Below, piece after piece: positions 54,707 through 64,000 of a DNA stretch of 64,000 bases. Source of the DNA: Octopus vulgaris. Taxonomy: Eukaryota. Location: positions 48,918,001 through 48,982,000 of the forward strand of contig OX597824.1 of assembly GCA_951406725.2 (NCBI GenBank). The letters are read 5' to 3'. The notes under the pieces are model-generated. The model ran no database searches. It saw only the letters and a list, made by a program, of their open reading frames with translations, and was not told the DNA's origin. The first letter of the stretch is position 1. Each line of letters starts with the position of its first letter. A program made the position numbers and the translations under genes.

Positions 54707-54757
54707 AGCTTCTACAGGACTAGTACTGTTTCATTCAAGAGAAATCTTCAGGAAGCT
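54707..54757 (-). ncRNA. Type I hammerhead ribozyme (left arm)
   Basis: Exact reverse complement of 58565-58615. Confidence 0.8.
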
Positions 54758-55141
54758 ATTTAACAAGAATTGTATTAGCATTTATACATTTAGGCAGGTT
54801 TAAAGGAGTGGTGGTGGGGGACTTTTTGGGGGTAGGCATAGCGCAAAATATCATACTTGGGGGAGTGGTCAAAGAGTCAGTGGTAATTTAGATGAAAGAA
54901 TAGATAAATAAAAAAATAAAAAAATAAAAAATAAAAAAATAAAAAAATAAAATAAAAAAATAAGAAAATAAAAAATATAAAAAATATATATAAAAATATA
55001 TATATATAAAATATATATATAAAAAAATATATATATAAAAAAAGGGGGGATAGAGTTATAGGTAAATAAGGAGATTCTCACTTATACCTATACACACATG
55101 TATACGTACCTACACACACATACATACATACACATATATAT

Positions 55142-55196
<55 letters not shown>

Positions 55197-56092
55197 CACA
55201 TACATATGTACACACATACATACATATCTACATACACACATACATACACCCGCCCACATATACAAATTTATACACATGCACATGCCTATACCTGTCTACA
55301 CATACACACACGTATATATGCATACACTCACTCCCATGCATGCACGCATACACACATGTATATATATATATATATATATACACACGACCACACATACATA
55401 TATACACATAAAAATAAAAATATATATTCATACGCACATACACTCATGCACACACAACACACCTAGTTCCCTATATACACATATTTACACCTATATATAC
55501 ATACACCCACATACACCTATGTACACATATATATATATATAAACATATACACGCATACATATATATACATGTGTGCACATACATACATACACACATATAT
55601 ACATACACATACACATACACATGTGTACCTATACATACCTACACATACACACATACATACATACAAATATACATATACATATATATATATACAATCCAAT
55701 ACAGGCCCATTCCCTAATTTTAATTTTATTATCTTCATTTATTACTTTTGTTATCTTTGATCGCTAGGGCTAAGAATCCTGGCAATGGCTGCAAGTCCAT
55801 TTGTCTGTCTACTAGAAGGCAAGTACTCATTCCCGCACGCACACTCATTAGCACGTACATTCACCCATTCGTACACTCATACACATACACGTACGCACGC
55901 GTTATATTCATACATACAAACATCTACATACGTTCACGTATATACACATACGTACTCGTACCTACAGATTCGTGTCTACACTTTAGGAGGCTAGTCTATA
56001 CATATACCCCAATAAATATACATATATATATATATATATACCCGCATATACATACACACACACACATATATACTCCTACATACAGATACATA

Positions 56093-56150
<58 letters not shown>

Positions 56151-56627
56151 CACATACATACACATACACACATACATATACACACACATACATACACATA
56201 TATATACATACACAAACATATATACACACATATATATATACATACACACATACACACATACATACGTATACATACATACATACATCCATACATCCATACT
56301 TACATGCATTTATACGCATACACACACCCATCTATATATATGTATATATATATATATATATATACACACTCACACATACATATACAAATCTACGCACACA
56401 CATACATACATACACGTATACGCATACACGCACGCGCATCCATATATATACACACACACACATATATATACACGTGTGCAAGCATACATACATACTCATA
56501 CGCGCACACATACTTACAAATACATATATGCACACACTTACACACATATATATACATACACATATACATGCATACATACATATATGCATACATACACACA
56601 CGCACTCATATATATATATATATATAT

Positions 56628-56664
<37 letters not shown>

Positions 56665-57180
56665 TATATACATATATAGACATATATACACATACATACA
56701 CATACACATACATACACACATACATATACACACATATATACATATATATATATATACACATACATATATACACATATACATACATATACATACACACACA
56801 CATACATATATACATATACACTGATACACATACCCATACATACACATGCATATACTTATATCACTACATACTCACATATATAAACATATATACATATACA
56901 CACATACATATATACATGTACATACACATACGTATGCATATATATATATATATATACATATGTGTGAGTGTGTATATATATATATATATATATACATATA
57001 TATAGATGGGTGTGTGTATGCGTATAAATGCATGTAAGTATGGATGTATGGATGTATGTATGTATGTATACGTATGTATGTGTGTATGTGTGTATGTATA
57101 TATATATGTGTGTATATATGTTTGTGTATGTATATATATGTGTATGTATGTGTGTGTATATGTATGTGTGTATGTGTATG

Positions 57181-57236
<56 letters not shown>

Positions 57237-58132
57237 TATGTATCTGTATGTAGGAGTATATATGTGTGTGTGTGTATGTATATGCGGGTATATATATATA
57301 TATATATGTATATTTATTGGGGTATATGTATAGACTAGCCTCCTAAAGTGTAGACACGAATCTGTAGGTACGAGTACGTATGTGTATATACGTGAACGTA
57401 TGTAGATGTTTGTATGTATGAATATAACGCGTGCGTACGTGTATGTGTATGAGTGTACGAATGGGTGAATGTACGTGCTAATGAGTGTGCGTGCGGGAAT
57501 GAGTACTTGCCTTCTAGTAGACAGACAAATGGACTTGCAGCCATTGCCAGGATTCTTAGCCCTAGCGATCAAAGATAACAAAAGTAATAAATGAAGATAA
57601 TAAAATTAAAATTAGGGAATGGGCCTGTATTGGATTGTATATATATATATGTATATGTATATTTGTATGTATGTATGTGTGTATGTGTAGGTATGTATAG
57701 GTACACATGTGTATGTGTATGTGTATGTATATATGTGTGTATGTATGTATGTGCACACATGTATATATATGTATGCGTGTATATGTTTATATATATATAT
57801 ATGTGTACATAGGTGTATGTGGGTGTATGTATATATAGGTGTAAATATGTGTATATAGGGAACTAGGTGTGTTGTGTGTGCATGAGTGTACGTGCGTATG
57901 AATATATATTTTTATTTTGATGTGTATATATGTATGTGTGGTCGTGTGTATATATATATATATATATATACATGTGTGTATGCGTGCATGCATGGGAGTG
58001 AGTGTATGCATATATACGTGTGTGTATGTGTAGACAGGTATAGGCATGTGCATGTGTATAAATTTGTATATGTGGGCGGGTGTATGTATGTGTGTATGTA
58101 GATATGTATGTATGTGTGTACATATGTATGTG

Positions 58133-58183
<51 letters not shown>

Positions 58184-58564
58184 ATATATATGTGTATGTA
58201 TGTATGTGTGTGTAGGTACGTATACATGTGTGTATAGGTATAAGTGAGAATCTCCTTATTTACCTATAACTCTATCCCCCCTTTTTTTATATATATATTT
58301 TTATATATATATTTTATATATATATTTTTTTATATATATTTTTTATATTTTTTATTTTCTTATTTTTTTATTTTATTTTTTTATTTTTTTATTTTTTATT
58401 TTTTTATTTTTTTATTTATCTATTCTTTCATCTAAATTACCACTGACTCCTTGACCACTCCCCAAGTATGATATTTTGCGCTATGCCTACCCCCAAAAAG
58501 TCCCCCACCACCACTCCTTTAAACCTGCCTAAATGTATAAATGCTAATACAATTCTTGTTAAAT

Positions 58565-58615
58565 AGCTTCCTGAAGATTTCTCTTGAATGAAACAGTACT
58601 AGTCCTGTAGAAGCT
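58565..58615 (+). ncRNA. Type I hammerhead ribozyme (right arm)
   Basis: agcttc CTGAAGA t-ttc-tctt-gaa-t GAAA cag-tactagtc-ctg TA gaagct. Stem I 6 bp, loop III contains the palindrome actagt, GUA triplet, AATAAA at 58626. Confidence 0.8.
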
Positions 58616-58626
58616 CCTTCTATATA

Positions 58627-58668
<42 letters not shown>

Positions 58669-59406
58669 GTGTGTGTGTGTGACGGACACTTTTGTTAAGT
58701 TCCCTATATCTAACTTTAGAGTTGATAATCTAATTGTTATCTTTCGTTATAGCTTAATTTCTTACATAAACATCGTGATTTGATGTCACTGACAACATCT
58801 GTCCCCATTTTAACCTTTACATTGTCTAGCGAGCCTATGTCGCGTATCAGTTAAAATGTAGTCAGTTAGATTTGGATGTTTCCAGTCCGGAGACATCTTG
58901 GTGTATTCCGTATATTTTGATGATACAAAAATGCATCGCTATTTATTCCATTTTTTTTTCAATGTTTGTACATCCATAAATTCAGAAAAACCATCATTAC
59001 CATTTCCCATTTTAGTATTAAAGTCTAATGTATACAGCAGCAAATCATGTTTTCCTATCTTCCCAACTGCTTCTTGAAGATTGCAATAAAAACTCAACTA
59101 CTTTATTGCCTGCCATTTCATTTATTGGATCATAATGTACAAATACGCGAACAAATTTGTATTTGTGGATCCAAACCGTGCATACAATTCCCTCTCATCA
59201 ATTGTGCATCATCTCCTTAATGTTTCACCATTTCATTTACTTCCTATTAATCTCACTCCTTGATAGTGCAGTTCAGCATATCTTTACGAACGAACAAATA
59301 TATTTTTTTTTTCGTTTTTCAATATAACCTAATCAGATCCAACATGCTTAGATCATAATTGCCAAAACCTGATGTAAGGATGTCCATTTTTCCAGCTGGA
59401 CTCAAG

Positions 59407-59463
<57 letters not shown>

Positions 59464-59752
59464 CAAAACTGAATTCGCGATCGGTTTCATATGAATGCAT
59501 TAGTTATCGAAAATGAGGTTCCTTGCATCCTGTACCTACTTGAAAATTGCACAGGACAAAAGGCCACATTTTGGGCTTAGCAAAGCATCGAAGTTTCATA
59601 GGTGTTAATGATGTTTTTTTAAAATCTGAATCCGCTATCGCTGCATAACAAAAAGTTTATCTTCTAATGTGCTGTGCAAAAGTAGGAAATGTCACCGTGT
59701 GCATATATATGGTGACGATGTATGCAGATAGCCTCGTAAAGTTTAGATCATT

Positions 59753-59845
<93 letters not shown>

Positions 59846-60363
59846 CACACACACTCACTCACACACACACACGCACGCACACACACATACACATATATGC
59901 AGGGAGAGTGATGGTAGAGGAGAGACTGAGAGAGAGATTAGTGAATAGGTTCCTTACTTTCTTTTTTTTCATTTTTTCAAAGGTAAGGATATTTTGTTTG
60001 TTTTCCTTGTTCTTGTTTTGAGACAATTCTTTTAAACATATAATTCCTCTCCTCTCGAGAAACATACTGAATCTCAAATGTCACATTAAGGTGAATGGCG
60101 TTGTGATTAACACGCTGGGCTCATGATTATAAAGTAGTAGGTTCAGTCTTTAGACAAGGCGACGAATTGTTACATTGAGCACAACACTTTATTTCTTGTT
60201 TGTTCCAATCTAATCAGCTTAACCTATATCAACCGAGCGATGGCACAGTTTTCTCTCCTACCAGTTACCGTCCCTGATAATGTTCACGTGTTCTACTCCC
60301 ACAAAACTGTAAGTAATGTGGAGCTGAGAGAAACTGTTATCATATGTGTATGTGTGTGTGTGT

Positions 60364-60674
60364 GTGGAGGTGCAATGGCCCAGTGGTTAGAGCAGCAGAC
60401 TCGTGGTCGTTGGATCGCAGTTCCGATTCCCAGACCGGGCGTTGTGAGTGTTTATTGAGCGAAAACACCTAAAGCTCCACGAGACTCCGGCAGGGGGGCG
60501 GGGGGCGATCCCTGTTGTACTCTTTCGCCACAACTTTCTCCCACTCTTTCTTCTGTTTGCCTGCTCGCTTAACCAGCGGGGTGGCGTCATTTGTAGGCTA
60601 AAAACAATGCGAAGCGCATTGTGACCAGCGATGAGTAACAACATCTGATGGCCTGGTCGGTCACGGTGATCACG

Positions 60675-60678
<4 letters not shown>
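60364..60678 (+). mobile_element. SINE family C
   Basis: tRNA-like head tggcccagtggttag...gttccgattccc; homology to 8950-9145. Confidence 0.85.
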
Positions 60679-60729
<51 letters not shown>

Positions 60730-60775
60730 ATGCATGCATGTATGTATGTATGTATGTATGTATATACATACATAA

Positions 60776-61547
60776 TGGCTGCCCCCTCGTTATCGAGTAT
60801 GGCCATTGCACGAAGCTTAACTGTTACTGGTGCTGTGATCGAATGTGAATTTTTAGCCCAGCTAAAGATCTACAATGTCTTGTACAGAATTGGCAACTAA
60901 AACCTTTACTGGTAATAGCTGGCTGTAGTTGTAACTGGGCTTCATGTACCTTTGCATGTCGTTTAAGTTCTCCTGCCAAATTACACTCTCTTCCACATGC
61001 CCGACAGATATGATTAGTATGGTGTGTTACACCACCACCAGTGGCCAGGTTGTCACTCATCTGTCTCGCTTTATGACTACGAAGATGACACTTGAGTCCA
61101 GCTTTACTGAGGCAGGGTCTTGCACAGACGCTGCATGTCAGCATCATAGGAAGACCCTTCCCATCTGGAAGTGTAACAGCGATGCCCTTCCTGACATCCC
61201 TCCTTACTTTCTCATGTGCAACTCGAGATTTCTCAAAAGTGGCTGTCCCCTCGTGCACAATCCTTCTCCACCAGCTACGATCAATAGCTATGCCTTCCCA
61301 TGTGTCAGGAGAGATGCAAGCATCTCTTAAGGAAGCCTTCAGCTAGTCCTTATACCTCTTTTTTGGTTTATGTGGAGGTCGTTCTCCTTTAGCTAACTCT
61401 CCATAAAAGAGTTGTTTTGGTATCCTTGAATCCTTCATCCTGACCAGAAGACCACTCCATCTGAGCCTTTGCTTTAACACAAGAGCTTCTATACTTTTGC
61501 ACCGAGAGCCTTCCAATATTTCAAAATCACTGATATGGTCCTTCCAC
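60776..61547 (-). mobile_element. 5'-truncated RTE-clade LINE with three C-terminal C2H2 zinc fingers
   Basis: RLRWSGLLVRMKDSRIPKQLFYGEL..KRYKD RTE motif, then CSVC..HLRSH, CRAC..HAKVH and CQFC..HIRSQH. Confidence 0.9.
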
Positions 61548-61892
61548 ATACATACATACATACATACTCTAGTGTAAGCCTTTTCTAGGTTGTTGTTTTT
61601 TTTCCGGTTGGGGTCTAGGTTGTCTAGCACCATCCCAGATGAAAGAGTAATATTCCATTGTGAGCCTCACTTGAACATTGTTGGGGGAAATATTTTCTGG
61701 GCCTGAAGGGAAGGATCAGTCTTTGGCACGCAGTCCTAGCTATGTTAATGTTGTGAATTCGCCAGAAAAGATCCTCAGTGATTGTGAAGCCTCACAATTT
61801 GGAACGACTGTCAGGGTTCTAGCTGACTACTGTTCCTGCTCAGGATAAGTGCTATTGTGAGTGTGCGTGTGTGTGTGTGTGTTCATACATAT

Positions 61893-61927
<35 letters not shown>

Positions 61928-62070
61928 CGACGGGCTTTTTATAAGTTTCAGTCTACCAAATCCATTCAAAAGGCAATAGTAGAAGATACTTGCCCAAGGT
62001 ACCGCGCAGAGGGACTGAATCCCAAACCATGTGACTGCAAAGCGAGTTTTTTAATCATACAGCCATGCCC
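61928..62070 (-). mobile_element. SINE family A head (decayed)
   Basis: Homology to the other family A copies. Confidence 0.7.
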
Positions 62071-62420
62071 ATGCCCATATAATGTAACCATTAACTGTGC
62101 GCGCACGCGTGCGTTCTGTCTGTCTGTATATCTGTATGTATATATGTAGATATACACATGAATACATATACTTGTGTATGTGAGTGTAGGCACGAATGTA
62201 TGTATATAAAGTGAGCCAATTTACTCGGAGATCACGAAAATTAATTCTGTAGAGGTGAAATAACAATGCCAACAACAATCCCGTAATTACCATCATTAAC
62301 GCCATTTTCACCAACAGCAGCAGCATCGCCATCATCGTTATCATCATCATCATTGTTGTCGTCGTAGTCATCGTCATCATCATCATTATCATCATCATCA
62401 ACAACAACAACAGCACTACC

Positions 62421-62452
<32 letters not shown>

Positions 62453-62576
62453 CGTCGGCAATCGTGTCTAAAAGACACATGTACAGTATTCAATTAATCT
62501 TTGTTAGTTAACTACACCCCACATACACACCCAACGTATCCTCATACAAACACACTCGTACACGTATATACACGCA

Positions 62577-62644
<68 letters not shown>

Positions 62645-62976
62645 CACACGCACACACACACACACACATAACCACTTACATTCATAGACACAAATTATCG
62701 TTAGCTTTGATCATCATTATCATTATTGATGTTAACAAAGGATTGCAAAGAAACCCTCAAGGCCCTCCTCTGCTATGGAATATCAGAGCAACCTATTACT
62801 TCTTCTGTTGCTGCTGCTGCTGTTGTTGTTGTTGTTGTTGTTGCTGTTGCTGCTGCTTCTTGTTTCAGACAATTAACTTCTCAATGGCTTAATTATCGTC
62901 AAAAAACACCCAGGACATGAAAGTGTCAGTGATAAAGGCCTGGTTTTCTTCTCTTCTTCCATTTGTGTGTACGTGT

Positions 62977-63041
<65 letters not shown>

Positions 63042-63059
63042 CAGCTGTCTTGCACACAC

Positions 63060-63560
63060 TTTCACATCATAATCATTAACAGCAGCAGCATCAGTAATGT
63101 CACTATTACCTTCATCGTGAGTGTAATCATCATCATCACTATCATCATCATCATCATCATCGTCATCGTCATCGTCATAATTGTCGTCCTCGTCTTCGTC
63201 GTCGTTATCATCGTCAATGTTATCATCAACATCATCATCATAGCCATCACCATCATCATCATTCTCTTCAGAAATACCATTATCGTCACTACCATCATGA
63301 TCGTGATGATGATATTCATCATCATCGTTATCTTCGCCATCATTAGAATAGCTCTCATCATCATCCTCATCACTCCCGCCATCATTACCACCGTATTCAT
63401 CAGTACCATCACCCCCATCATCATCACTAGCATCTTCATCATCATCATCATCGTCATCATGCTCAACTCTACCCCCATCCCCATCATCACCATCATCACC
63501 ATCATCTTCACCACCATCACCCTCGCCGCTAATGTTGCTGCCCCAATTACCATCAATTTT
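63060..63560. repeat. Degenerate (ATC)n trinucleotide tract
   Basis: Direct reading; explains the poly-I and poly-M ORFs. Confidence 0.9.
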
Positions 63561-64000
63561 TAACCCTCGGCACTATCATTTCTTACTTTTTTACTTTGTC
63601 CTCTCGAAAACCCTTAGGGACCATCGCCGCCTCCTCCACCCACTATCAAGCACCAACAGTAATTCTCTAACTTTTCATTTAAGGTGGTGGCGAAGAAGGG
63701 AGTAGATTTCAGAATCAGTAGAGCATACATTGTCCTTTCACACGTTTATGAGTTCAAAGCCTACCCAAGCTACCTCTGTATTTCATTACTTCTGGGGCAA
63801 GAAAATAAGTGTCAATCAATGTATACACACACACACAATTATAAATAATGCAAAAAGAAAAAATTCTCTTTGCTAATAATCTGAAAAATGGATGCTAAAT
63901 CATCTAACCACATAAAATATTTTCACTTACATTATTACACCACATATTTTATATGCTGGTCGCTGGTAAAATTTGTTTGATAACATTTTATCCTTAAATT

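Larger units (their letters stand above)
54624..58632. mobile_element. ~3.9-kb palindromic HHR-bearing element (arms 54690-56378 / 56959-58632, 580-bp spacer)
   Basis: Arms are near-identical reverse complements (mirrored ORFs in the track); an HHR near each outer end; (TA)n flanks. Confidence 0.9.

Noticed and set aside
60364-60440. SINE heads as tRNA genes
   Set aside because: A/B-box-like motifs are present but no complete cloverleaf, and they continue into repeated SINE bodies
60824-61258. Host C2H2 zinc-finger gene
   Set aside because: In frame with RTE ORF C-terminal motifs and followed by the retroelement 3' end

Overview
Repeat-dense, AT-rich metazoan DNA, very probably an octopus intron or intergenic region (inferred from its three tRNA-derived SINE families and extreme microsatellite load). 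I see no convincing host protein-coding gene: nearly all listed ORFs are microsatellite artefacts or decayed transposon ORFs. Solid features are an intact tRNA-Ala(TGC), a full-length dead mariner and other mariner remnants, hAT-like and 8-bp-TSD MITEs, Tx1/L1, R4/Dong-type, RTE and Gypsy (Mag-like) remnants, and many SINEs. The most notable signal is a set of type I hammerhead ribozyme (HHR) motifs from at least five sequence-unrelated families (about 8 loci, two degenerate). They sit in non-coding elements that mostly lie in (TA)n microsatellites and repeatedly show fold-back, inverted or tandem architecture, including a ~3.9-kb palindrome and a 468-bp tandem unit. This looks like a non-autonomous Penelope-like/retrozyme system. 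Also notable: a ~340-nt rod-like hairpin with strong one-strand G:U bias, a templated ~575-bp insertion with an 8-bp duplication, and a zinc-finger-tailed RTE with a non-coding partner sharing its 3' end. All alignments and folds were done by eye; no searches were run.
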